From: Rhodanobacteraceae bacterium
GTDB taxonomy: Bacteria; Pseudomonadota; Gammaproteobacteria; Xanthomonadales; SZUA-5
Assembly (NCBI GenBank): GCA_031422315.1
Contig: JANOQN010000065.1
Span: 14 to 64,013, forward strand
Direction: 5' to 3'
Length of the DNA stretch: 64,000 nt
Under the pieces are notes generated by a model. It saw nothing but the letters and a program-made list of their open reading frames with translations, ran no database searches and was not told the DNA's origin. Made by a program: the position numbers and the translations under genes. This document shows positions 37,589-46,530 of the stretch, piece by piece (positions within the stretch are counted from its first letter, which is position 1; the number at the start of each line of letters is the position of its first letter).

Positions 37589-37871
37589 GTTTCGCCTAGC
37601 ACCCGCTGCAGAACGCGATCTCGAAAGCATCTGGCGTTACACCCAGTCACGTTGGGGCACCAACCAGGCTGATCGCTACACCGATTGCTTGGTGAACGCT
37701 TTTTCTAAGTGGGCGAATTCGCCCACTTCAGCCGCTCGATGCGAGCATATCCGAGCCGGATACCGCAGAGGTAATGTGGAGAGCCATGTAGTTTACTTCC
37801 TAACCATGGACTACGGCATTAGCATCGTTCGCGTGCTGCACAATCGAATGGATCCGGCTTGGCATTTATAG
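37581..37871 (+). CDS. parE: Type II toxin, ParE/RelE family
   Basis: ..FRLAPAAERDLESIWRYTQSRWGTNQADRY..HVVYFLTMDYGISIVRVLHNRMD.. The likely TTG start at 37581 overlaps the parD stop (TTGGCTGA). The track start 37515 would overlap parD by 74 nt. Confidence 0.85.
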   Translation: MAEFRLAPAAERDLESIWRYTQSRWGTNQADRYTDCLVNAFSKWANSPTSAARCEHIRAGYRRGNVESHVVYFLTMDYGISIVRVLHNRMDPAWHL

Positions 37872-37926
37872 GCAGTAGCGTGCAATCAAAATACTGACTT
37901 CGAGATAAAGCACGTCAAGCCACCCA

Positions 37927-38475
37927 TCAAACCCTCACCTCTAACTCTCTAGCCAGCCACAGCTTGGCATACAGCCAATCGCGCTTTGCAGTAGCCGGGG
38001 AAATCGCGAGCGCTTCGGCTGCTTCCTCTAATGACAGGCCAGCAAAGGCGCGCAGCTCGGCTAGCTTGGCGGCGCGTGGATCGTGTTCGTGCAGCCGAGT
38101 TAATGCGCTATCAAGTGCCAGCACATCGAAGGGGTTGCTGGCTTCGCTTGCATCTAAACCGCTAAGCGTGACGCGCTCACCCGCTGCGCGCTTGTCTGCT
38201 TTTTTAGCAAGCGCATAGTTCACCAAAATGTGCCGCATGGATTTACCCACCAGCGCTAAAAAATGCTGCCGCTGCGCCGGCACCACTGCGCCCTGCAGCT
38301 TGAGCCAGGCTTCGTGTACTAATGCGGTAGGCGAAAGCGTGTGATTGCGGCGCTCAGCGCTCAGGTGCTTTCGGGCAATGTGTTTGAGCTGCTCGTATAC
38401 CGCTGGCAACATCAAATCAGCATTGGGCTCTGCATCGGCAGCCATCTGATTTTCTTGCTGCGGTGGTTCGGTCAT
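37927..38475 (-). CDS. ECF-type sigma factor (PF07638 / TIGR02999-like), kinase-associated
   Basis: ..LMLPAVYEQLKHIARKHL..TALVHEAWLKL..HILVNYALAKKADKRAAG..LSLEEAAEALAISPATAKRDW.. Its ATG overlaps the upstream kinase stop as ATGA (38472-38475). Confidence 0.9.
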   Translation of the reverse strand: MTEPPQQENQMAADAEPNADLMLPAVYEQLKHIARKHLSAERRNHTLSPTALVHEAWLKLQGAVVPAQRQHFLALVGKSMRHILVNYALAKKADKRAAGERVTLSGLDASEASNPFDVLALDSALTRLHEHDPRAAKLAELRAFAGLSLEEAAEALAISPATAKRDWLYAKLWLARELEVRV

Positions 38476-41078
38476 GGCGCGTTTTTCCCTTTGGCGATTT
38501 GTTGCGCTTCCAGCAGTAGCGCCTGCGCTTTTTTAATCGGCGGCGCGTCCATGCCATACACCGCCTGCAAGCTTGTAATCACCGATGGTAATTCTTGCAG
38601 GACGCGCTCAGGCTTGCCTTGCGCTAGCCACAGCTTTGCGCGCTCGGCGGTCATTTCCAACAAGGATGGATTGTCAGCACCGTATGCCACCGGTGCGTCT
38701 GCAGCAGCGCGCTCCAGCAGTTTTTCAGCAGCGGCAAGCTCGCCACGTGCTAGCAGCAGCAAGCCATAGCGATGCCGCGCCGGAATCATCGTCCAAGCGT
38801 CCTTTTCGCGGCCGCTGTTGATAATTTCAAGGAAATTGCGCTCGGCTTCAGCGATTAAACCCGCCTGCCACTGCGCGGTGGCAAGCCAGCCCTGTGCGTA
38901 GTAACCAACGTCGCTGTTTTTATGCGCATCAAATGCCAGCTGCAGCGGTGCAAGCGCTTCATTTTCCCGATTAGCTTTAATCAATGCCACGCCTAACGCG
39001 ACTCGCGAATATAAAAGCTCAATGTGCTCAGGCTTATAAAGCTGTAGATCAACCGCTAGAGATTTTTCTAGCGCAATAATCGCAGGGCTGTATTGATGCA
39101 TGCCCATATACAGCACGCCCAAACGCGAGTAAGCACCGCTGACATCTGGGTGAATATCGCCCTTTTGCGCAAGCGCGCTTTGCAACAGCTGCTGCGCAAG
39201 CGGAATGTGCTTAAGCCCCGCCTTGCGCCATTTCACCACCACGCTCAGGTAAGCACGCGCGGCCGCATCTAATGCCTGCTGATCGCCCTGCTTTTCAAGC
39301 CGCGCCAAGGTCGCTTCAAACTGCGCTAGCGAAGGCTCAATTTGCAGCTGCATCTGCAAGATATGTGCGCGAAACAGCTCAGCCTGAGTTTTTTCCGATG
39401 CGCTCAGATACGGATTAACCAGTGCAGGCGAATCAAATTGCGCCAAAAACGCCTCAGGCGTCAGCTTATTAACGTGTTGTACGGATTGCCACTGCGCTTG
39501 CAGTGCGAACAGCTCCGAGCTAGCGCGAAGCTCAGCGTCTGGCTCGGCGATTCGGGCAAGCGCGGCGTTTGCGCGTTTAGACAGCATCAGCGCATCATCG
39601 GCGCGATCCAGTGCAAGCATCGCGCGCCCTAGCGTAATGTCCACCCGCGCGGCTACTGCTGGATCGGCTGGCATCTGGTAGTTGGCTTTCAATGCGGGCT
39701 CGATGACTCCCAAAACCGTCGGCGTTTTGCCTTTGGCCTGCGCTGGGTCAATGGCGGTCAGCAATCGATCTAAAAACTGCGTGACCGCTTGCGATTCCTC
39801 AGATTTACGCACCGCAATCACCCGCTGACGCGCCTCTTGCTGCGCGGCAATAAACGCCCAGCTGGCGCCGCCCAGAATGCTCGCGAGTGAGATCGCCGCC
39901 GCTGTACACAATGCAAGATTGCGGCGCACGAATTTCTTAGCAGCGACCCATTTGCTGGGCGCAATCGCCAAAATCGGCCGATGCGCCAACACATTTTGCA
40001 AATCTGCTGCCAGCGCATCCACGCTGCTGTAGCGCGCTTCCGGGGCTTTTTCCAACGCTTTTAGGATGATGGTTTCTAGATCACCGCGAATCAGCTTGCG
40101 AAATTGCGGCCAAAGCGCGCCGAGCGGGCTTTGCGCAAGCTTTGAAGGCGGCGTAGGCTCGGTTTGCACCGCCGCAAAGGCGAGCTCAGACGGGAATGTG
40201 GTGTTTTGCCCGTACGGCATTTGCCCGGTTAGCAGCTCGTATAAAATCAGCCCAAGCGCATAAACATCGGTTGCGGTGCTGACCGGCAGGCCTTGAACTT
40301 GCTCCGGTGTGGCGTAGCGTGGCGTAAAAAAGCGCTGTTCTGGCTGAGTGGCAAGCGCGGGTTGGGCATCAACATCCAGCGCTTTGGCGATACCAAAATC
40401 CAGCAGCTTAAGCACGCCATCACGCCGGACCAGCACATTGGATGGCTTTAAATCGCGGTGTACGATCAGCTTGCGGTGCGCATATGCCACCGCATCGCAG
40501 AGCTGCAAAAAGATCCGAATGCGCGCTTTAAAGTCCAGATTTTCGACAAAATTATCCAGCGGTACGCCATCGACCCATTCCATCACGAAATAGGGCCGGC
40601 TTTCGCTATCCAAGCCCGCATCAAACAAGCGCGCGATATTGAGGTGATCCAGCTGCGCGAGCGCGTGCTGCTCCTGGCGAAAGCGCAGCAGCGCGTGCGC
40701 GTGGCGAACCCCAACGCTTAAGCATTTGATCGCTGCGCGGCCACGAAATGCACCATCGTTGCGCTCCGCTAAAAAAACCTCACCCATGCCGCCTTTGCCG
40801 ATGAGCTCCAGCAGCTTCCAGGGCCCGATTTGATCGCCCTGCGCCACGCTATCGGAAGCTTCCGCTTGCTCAAGTGCGGCCTGCGCCTGCTGTAGGGCTG
40901 GCGCTGCGGTCTGGGTTTCCCGTGCGTGCAAGAGTAGCGAAGCCAATTCGGCTTTTTCCTCAGGCGTAGCGTCAAGCGCTGCAATAGCCGCTTGCCACTG
41001 CGCTGGCGCAAGTGCCAGCAGCGCCTCCAGATTGGATTTCAATACGGCCTGATTGATATCGGACATCACGGTGCTCAA
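38472..41078 (-). CDS. Ser/Thr protein kinase with one TM segment and a long TPR-like C-terminal domain
   Basis: Hanks-type motifs IGKGGMGEVFLAE, AIK, HRDLKPSNVLV, DFGIAK and TPRYATPEQ. The TM segment is ..LALCTAAAISLASILGGASWAFIAA.. About 470 aa of helical-repeat sequence follow. Confidence 0.92.
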   Translation of the reverse strand: MSTVMSDINQAVLKSNLEALLALAPAQWQAAIAALDATPEEKAELASLLLHARETQTAAPALQQAQAALEQAEASDSVAQGDQIGPWKLLELIGKGGMGEVFLAERNDGAFRGRAAIKCLSVGVRHAHALLRFRQEQHALAQLDHLNIARLFDAGLDSESRPYFVMEWVDGVPLDNFVENLDFKARIRIFLQLCDAVAYAHRKLIVHRDLKPSNVLVRRDGVLKLLDFGIAKALDVDAQPALATQPEQRFFTPRYATPEQVQGLPVSTATDVYALGLILYELLTGQMPYGQNTTFPSELAFAAVQTEPTPPSKLAQSPLGALWPQFRKLIRGDLETIILKALEKAPEARYSSVDALAADLQNVLAHRPILAIAPSKWVAAKKFVRRNLALCTAAAISLASILGGASWAFIAAQQEARQRVIAVRKSEESQAVTQFLDRLLTAIDPAQAKGKTPTVLGVIEPALKANYQMPADPAVAARVDITLGRAMLALDRADDALMLSKRANAALARIAEPDAELRASSELFALQAQWQSVQHVNKLTPEAFLAQFDSPALVNPYLSASEKTQAELFRAHILQMQLQIEPSLAQFEATLARLEKQGDQQALDAAARAYLSVVVKWRKAGLKHIPLAQQLLQSALAQKGDIHPDVSGAYSRLGVLYMGMHQYSPAIIALEKSLAVDLQLYKPEHIELLYSRVALGVALIKANRENEALAPLQLAFDAHKNSDVGYYAQGWLATAQWQAGLIAEAERNFLEIINSGREKDAWTMIPARHRYGLLLLARGELAAAEKLLERAAADAPVAYGADNPSLLEMTAERAKLWLAQGKPERVLQELPSVITSLQAVYGMDAPPIKKAQALLLEAQQIAKGKNAP

Positions 41079-41172
41079 AAAAGCCGAACTAGATCATAGC
41101 AAACAGGTGTAGCAAGGACTTTCTCTCGCGAGGCGGCGATGGGAGACATCATCAGAGAACCTCCAAAAAACC

Positions 41173-41712
41173 CTACACAAACAGCATCTTCAAACCAATC
41201 AAAATCAATATGATGCCGCCCAATAGTTCAGCCTTGTTCTCAAGCTGGGTGCCGCTTTTTTCGCCAACAAAAACGCCGATATAGCTCAACACACAGGTGG
41301 TGATGCCAATTACAAGGCACGCAATGAGCGCATTGACGCTCAGCAAGTTCAAAACAAAGCCCGCTGCCATCGCATCGATACTAGTTGCTACGGTCAGTAC
41401 CAACATGACCTGATGCGTAATATGTTTTAACTCGTCTTCAATGCCGGCGCGCAATGACTCGTAAATCATTTTGGCACCCAATGTTGCTAGCAAGGTAAAA
41501 GCGACCCACGGCGCATAGGCCGCAACCCAGCCTAAAACGCCCTTCCCTGCCCAATAGCCAATCAGCGGCATCAAAGCTTGAAACAGCCCAAAATAGCCAG
41601 CGGCCATCAGCGCCAATTTTTTCGAGTCTTTCTTTTGCTTCGCGCCTAGGCCTATTGAGATGGTGAAAGCGTCCATGCTTAGAGCAACTGCAAGTAAAAA
41701 TACTTCTAACAT
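41173..41712 (-). CDS. mntP: Manganese efflux pump MntP
   Basis: MLEVFLLAVALSMDAFTISIGLGAK.. and the second ..TSIDAMAAGF.. half (DUF204 duplication). 179 aa. Confidence 0.92.
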   Translation of the reverse strand: MLEVFLLAVALSMDAFTISIGLGAKQKKDSKKLALMAAGYFGLFQALMPLIGYWAGKGVLGWVAAYAPWVAFTLLATLGAKMIYESLRAGIEDELKHITHQVMLVLTVATSIDAMAAGFVLNLLSVNALIACLVIGITTCVLSYIGVFVGEKSGTQLENKAELLGGIILILIGLKMLFV

Positions 41713-41761
41713 TTAAGCGCCTTGAATTAGCAACATTAGAAGCATGCACTAGCCAGCCAAC

Positions 41762-41788
41762 AAAAAACCCGCCAGAAGCGGGTTTTTT
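41762..41788. terminator. Rho-independent, potentially bidirectional terminator
   Basis: AAAAAACCCGCCAGAAGCGGGTTTTTT: a GC stem with a 5-nt loop, flanked by an A-run and a T-run. It sits immediately 3' of the minus-strand gene ending at 41812. Confidence 0.8.
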
Positions 41789-41811
41789 GTTGCACACCAG
41801 CTAATTAAACT

Positions 41812-44016
41812 TTATGGCGCGCTTTCAAAGCCATCTTTGAAATCGCCGTTCGCACACTGATTTGAAAAGATGCACCTGACCCATTCAGGCCGATCAATAA
41901 ACGGATTGCGATTGCCTTGGCTGGTGAACACGATGCCGTTGCGCTCGACTTCACGCGCATCGGGTGGATCTTGCTCGTGCCATGCAAGTAACACCGATTT
42001 CAGGCCCATGTAAGCCGGTGATGTGCTAGTAATAACGATTTGACTGGCGTCATCAGTCACAATTAAATCTGGCTCATTCTGGCCGTTGGTTCCACCATGC
42101 ACGCCGCCTTCATAGCGCAAATCCATGTACAAAATAGCGCGCGCCATATCGCCTTTGCGTTTGTTCCACACTTCAAAACGACCAGTGTTGCCATCCGGTC
42201 CAAACACCCAGTTGCTATTGCCCGGATAAACGCCAGTGCCACCACCTTGGTTCGCGTTGATATCAGTCGCTTTTTCTGCGCACTGCGCTGGAATTGCGCA
42301 GTTGCCGTAGGGCTTATTGCCACGATCTGAGTTGTATTGTTTATCGGATAAATACAGCATGTGGCAGTCGGTGTAAGGTGGGTTAGGAAGCCCTAAATTT
42401 CCGGTTGGGCTGCCAAAACCTAGTGAATTTGGCCAGGTATGTTCGCGGTTATATCGCCCCGGTGTTACCGTGCCGTTATCGCGATCAGTAACTTTGGCAA
42501 AGCTCTGGTTTTTATACACATCCAACACGCGCGTGGCGTTGTCAGGATTGCTATCAGCAGCCTCCAAAATCGTCCAAGCGTCAAAATAGCTAAACACTGC
42601 GTGGTCGTCGATTAAGTTGTGCAGATTGCTTCGTAAGAGTGCGCTATCGGCGGCAATGGCTGGCGTTATGGCGCTGTAGTAATTCGCAGCGGAGGGCGTG
42701 GTGGTGAACTGGAAGCTAAAATTCGCGCCCATCGGGGTTGGCGTGCCGTCTTGATCGCTGACATTGGCGGCAATAACGGTAAAGGAGCAGAGCTCCCCGT
42801 TTTGCAAATTGGCAGCCGGGTCAACCACATACGAACTTGGACCGCCAGTCACGACGGCAGCTAAATTATTACCGCTTTGTGCGCAGCTCAACGTGTACCA
42901 AGTGCCGGTAGCGGTGACAGGCTCGCTAAAGTTGACCGTGACATTACTGGTGAGTGAAACGCCGGTTGCGCCATTTCCGGGCGCTGTGCTCGTAACAATC
43001 GGCGCGGTATCGTTTGCAACCGTAAAATTGACCAGCACATTGGCAGCCATCGCATCTGGCGTGCCGTCTTGATCTAAAACATTGGCAGCAACAATCGTCA
43101 ACGTGCAGGTTTCGCCAAACGCAAATGCCGGGCTAGGTGCCAGCGTAAACGTGCCCGGCCCACCGGTGACAACTGCGGTATGCGCGCCGCTGACGGCACA
43201 GGAAATCGTAAACCAATTGCCGGTTACGGTTACCGCTTCGCTAAAACTGACGCTTAAATTGCTGTTGAACGCTACACCGGTCGCGTTATTTGCCGGGCTG
43301 GTAGCGTTAACCGTAGGTGGCACGTCGGTCGCTGAGCCGCCAATGCTGATATCGTCGATGCCTATGTATTCGTCATTCATCGGCGCATTGCTGGTCATAA
43401 TTCGAAGCTGCACTAGCGCTTGATTTTCCACCGCAACCGGCAAAGTGATCGATACCGGCGTTACGAGCGTTGCTAAGCTAGGCCCACTAGAGGCATCTGC
43501 AACAAAGGCCGCTGGGATATTAGTGAACACGCCGGTACTGCCCAAGCGATACTGCAATGCTACAGGTTGAATGACGTTATCAACAGAATCATCAAGATCG
43601 CGCAGAACATAGCTCATGGGGATTGATGCGCGCCCTAAGGTATTGATACTGATCAATAAATACGGCGCATCGGCAGTACCGCTACCTTGAAAACCGACAA
43701 CCGCCGTCGGTTCCAATTCGGCAATGCCGCCGGATGGCAGTAACCCAGGTGCGCCTAATTGATTCGCCAAAACATTTGCGACTGGCGCAGCATCTTCCAA
43801 GAGTATGGTTTGCGGATCTGTACCGGTGCCACCGGTCAAAGCATCACCGCGCGCACCCACAATACCTGGCACGCCACTCCAATCATTGTCAGCAAAAATC
43901 AGTGCCGGATTGCTCCAGTTTTGATTAAACGGCAGCGTTTGCGGCGTAGTGTCGGCGTAGGCTGCGGTGCTTATTAAGCTCAGCAAGGCTGTGCATAAAA
44001 TAGTTCTAATTGTCAT
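41812..44016 (-). CDS. Secreted nuclease: N-terminal domain, two tandem Ig-like (SbsA/Big_5-like) domains and a C-terminal endonuclease I domain, with a FKDGFESAP tail
   Basis: Signal peptide MTIRTILCTALLSLISTAAYA (start moved to ATG 44016). Two ~95-aa repeats read ..SPANNATGV..VSFSEAVTVTGNWFTISCA.. and ..APGNGATGV..VNFSEPVTATGTWYTLSCA.. Endonuclease_1-like motifs YNREHTWPNSLGF and ..NRNPFIDRPEW.. are present. Confidence 0.85.
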   Translation of the reverse strand: MTIRTILCTALLSLISTAAYADTTPQTLPFNQNWSNPALIFADNDWSGVPGIVGARGDALTGGTGTDPQTILLEDAAPVANVLANQLGAPGLLPSGGIAELEPTAVVGFQGSGTADAPYLLISINTLGRASIPMSYVLRDLDDSVDNVIQPVALQYRLGSTGVFTNIPAAFVADASSGPSLATLVTPVSITLPVAVENQALVQLRIMTSNAPMNDEYIGIDDISIGGSATDVPPTVNATSPANNATGVAFNSNLSVSFSEAVTVTGNWFTISCAVSGAHTAVVTGGPGTFTLAPSPAFAFGETCTLTIVAANVLDQDGTPDAMAANVLVNFTVANDTAPIVTSTAPGNGATGVSLTSNVTVNFSEPVTATGTWYTLSCAQSGNNLAAVVTGGPSSYVVDPAANLQNGELCSFTVIAANVSDQDGTPTPMGANFSFQFTTTPSAANYYSAITPAIAADSALLRSNLHNLIDDHAVFSYFDAWTILEAADSNPDNATRVLDVYKNQSFAKVTDRDNGTVTPGRYNREHTWPNSLGFGSPTGNLGLPNPPYTDCHMLYLSDKQYNSDRGNKPYGNCAIPAQCAEKATDINANQGGGTGVYPGNSNWVFGPDGNTGRFEVWNKRKGDMARAILYMDLRYEGGVHGGTNGQNEPDLIVTDDASQIVITSTSPAYMGLKSVLLAWHEQDPPDAREVERNGIVFTSQGNRNPFIDRPEWVRCIFSNQCANGDFKDGFESAP

Positions 44017-44268
44017 TGATATTTTCGTCGTGGTTTTGGAGTGGCGGCATTCTAATGCACGGAGGTTACTGATTTGTGATCCGAACTTGGCTTTTGCGCT
44101 CGCAAGCAAGTTAGCCCGAAATCGATGCAAGCAGCTCGAAGCTACTTGTCCAGCAGGCGATTAAATACGGGTGTCACCAAACTTCGTCGGTTCTCGTCAA
44201 AATTCACACCTCAATCGATTAAGCTTGCGGGCCTTGCCAAATCTCGGCAATCGTTGATATTTGTATTT

Positions 44269-44733
44269 ATGACCGCAGCTCGCTTTCGAACCTTGATTTG
44301 GATTTATGTTGCCGTCACCGTAGCGCTGATCGCATCTATGTTTTTCCCGACTCACTCGGATGCGCTTTTGGCGGCCTATGAAGAAGAGCCGCCGACTTGG
44401 CTGATAAGCACCGTTTGGGTCATGCTTCCCTTGGCGATTGGACTTCTATTTGCTTGGCTGATTGGCCTTGTCGGTTTGTTTTTTTTCAAGAATTGGGCGC
44501 GTTCGCTATCAATGTGGGTAACGTTGCTGGGCCTAGCCAGCCACCCTTTTATCGGCCCGTCGCTTTATTCAGCCCTAGAAAGCACCTTTTTGGAGGCGTC
44601 GGCGCTAATTTGGGGCGCAATTCTCGCGCTCTCGTATTACTCAGGGGTAAGTGTTCGGTTTGAGAAACAGCCTAGCACTGTTGCTTCTTCCGAGCCTTTA
44701 CCGCGAACAGAATTTCAACAGTGGCCACCTTGA
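44269..44733 (+). CDS. Hypothetical membrane protein
   Basis: 154 aa counted from the Met at 44269. Four hydrophobic segments. No family was recognised. Confidence 0.6.
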   Translation: MTAARFRTLIWIYVAVTVALIASMFFPTHSDALLAAYEEEPPTWLISTVWVMLPLAIGLLFAWLIGLVGLFFFKNWARSLSMWVTLLGLASHPFIGPSLYSALESTFLEASALIWGAILALSYYSGVSVRFEKQPSTVASSEPLPRTEFQQWPP

Positions 44734-45287
44734 GTAAAGAGCACATTGCCAGCGCATTGATGATTTCATTTTGGTTTGTCGGCTCCGCATTTGCTTTCAG
44801 CAATGCGGGTATTGATTTGCTCAGCTTCGTGATCGCGCTTTACATTGCTGCTGCGTGGATCGTCGTCCGTGTAGGATTTTCGTTGTGGCAACAAATGCTT
44901 GGGAAACGGTTGGATCGCCCTTGGCGATTCCGGCTCTTAGAGGCAGCCTGCATTGCTTTGCCGCTGGTACTTGCAGACGTTGGCGTGTTTTCTTTGATTC
45001 GCTTCACGCTAAGCGAGCCTGCGCTTTTAGATTATGCAAAAAACGTTCGCGCTAGAAAAATTGATATGGCGTTTGAATTTCGCCATTCACCGCGCAACGT
45101 CGGGCTGTATACCGTCACAGTGACTGATTTGCTGTCAGATGGCACCGTTAGAGTCATTACCTCAAGGGCTGGCATGTTCGATAATGCTGGCTTTGCTCAT
45201 ACGGTCGATGGCGCTCCGCCTGAGCAATATCAGAACCGTTATCGGCCTATTTATCGGGAGTGGTGGCACTGGACACAGAAATGGTGA
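44721..45287 (+). CDS. Hypothetical membrane protein
   Basis: 188-aa ORF (GTG start) overlapping the previous stop. Three N-terminal hydrophobic segments, then a soluble C-terminal domain. Confidence 0.6.
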   Translation: MATLSKEHIASALMISFWFVGSAFAFSNAGIDLLSFVIALYIAAAWIVVRVGFSLWQQMLGKRLDRPWRFRLLEAACIALPLVLADVGVFSLIRFTLSEPALLDYAKNVRARKIDMAFEFRHSPRNVGLYTVTVTDLLSDGTVRVITSRAGMFDNAGFAHTVDGAPPEQYQNRYRPIYREWWHWTQKW

Positions 45288-45607
45288 GCTAGCGCCGTTG
45301 GCTCTGCGCTTCATTTGGTGTGTCCTTGGAGCGCACGATATCAAAATTGCGATTCGCCAAATCAATTGCTAAAGCGCAAATCCCTCGGGGTTGAGAATGG
45401 CGCTAACAATGAGGTTGCTATTTAGAATGATCGTTCTAGGCTTCGTCAGAATCACTGTTGTTTGGAATCAATAAATACGCAGGCCGCCAATACTTTGTCA
45501 CCGCGAACAACACCCGACATAATTTAGTTGGATGACGAGTTGTAAATTTCGATCCACTCGTTTCAGCTCGCTGATGATTGGCGCTAACCGGGTTTTTGGG
45601 GCCATTT

Positions 45608-46498
45608 CTACTTCTCTAAAACCTTCCTCTTATACTCCGACCAAGTCGTCGCATTGGGCTGCACCCATTCTTTCGGTGCGCCTAGATACTCCGGTGCAGT
45701 TTTCTCGATATAGGCTTTGAAATCGGGGGCAATATCGGCAAAACTGTCGACTTTGCGGCCCCAGGCGGAGAACATCAGTGAACCCGGACGTTTGCCCATA
45801 CGCATCCACGGTAACCAAGGGCTGGTGCGGCTCCAGGATATTTGCACGGGCACGCTGGTGAGTTCGGGATTGGCGAAGTCGGCGAGTTTGCCGAAAAAGC
45901 CAAAATGTTCGGAGCCAGCGTAGATCTTGTTGCCGACTACATCCGGGTATTTTTTCACGTCAATTGGGTTCGGATAGGCGAGCGGTACATCGAACCCCAT
46001 TTGCACATCGGGGCCCTGCACTTTAAAAGGCATCGGGTAAACCTTGCCTTCGGCGGATTTGCGGCCAAAGTTTTGATTGACCGGATCGTTTTGTACGTGA
46101 AACACCACGTTGAGCTTTTTGCTGTACGGGTTTTGCCAAGTGTCTAGGATGGCGTTGGTTGTAGGGTCGCGGTAAATCGCGTATTCGCGGGTCAGCATAC
46201 GCCAGGAGCCATCAGCCTGCTTTTCCATGCGTGACACGTTAAAGCCTTCAAAGCCGAAGATGCGCTTGGGCGCTTCGTTAGCAAATACGGCAAACACGCT
46301 GCCGGACCAGTGCATGAGGCTATCTTTTCCAGCGGTGTCGCCGCGCATGCGGATGAAAGCTTCGATATTAGTGGTAGGGTCATCTAACGAATACGCCTTG
46401 CCGGTTTTGCTGTCACTTTCATGATCATGGGCGCTGGCGCTAGTGCAACAACCGATGACTAGAGCGGTAAATAGAATTTTGCGAAAGGTGCTGAGCAT
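45608..46498 (-). CDS. Secreted hypothetical protein (possibly DUF1838 family)
   Basis: Signal peptide MLSTFRKILFTALVIGCCTSASA. 296 aa. The DUF1838 assignment is from memory of the family pattern and is not verified. Confidence 0.75.
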   Translation of the reverse strand: MLSTFRKILFTALVIGCCTSASAHDHESDSKTGKAYSLDDPTTNIEAFIRMRGDTAGKDSLMHWSGSVFAVFANEAPKRIFGFEGFNVSRMEKQADGSWRMLTREYAIYRDPTTNAILDTWQNPYSKKLNVVFHVQNDPVNQNFGRKSAEGKVYPMPFKVQGPDVQMGFDVPLAYPNPIDVKKYPDVVGNKIYAGSEHFGFFGKLADFANPELTSVPVQISWSRTSPWLPWMRMGKRPGSLMFSAWGRKVDSFADIAPDFKAYIEKTAPEYLGAPKEWVQPNATTWSEYKRKVLEK

Positions 46499-46530
46499 GG
46501 TTAGCGTTCCTGGGTGATCGAATGGATGAG

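Noticed and set aside
41713-41811. Expected a yybP-ykoY manganese riboswitch upstream of mntP.
   Set aside because: The spacer is only 99 nt and is largely occupied by the AAAAAACCCGCCAGAAGCGGGTTTTTT terminator of the upstream gene. No GGGGAGUAG-type conserved riboswitch core is visible.
45380-45600. Two GCGCTAAC strings in the convergent spacer, considered as possible plus-strand attC sites after gene 44721-45287.
   Set aside because: The inner arms pair only weakly and no acceptable GTTRRRY box follows. This is too speculative to call.
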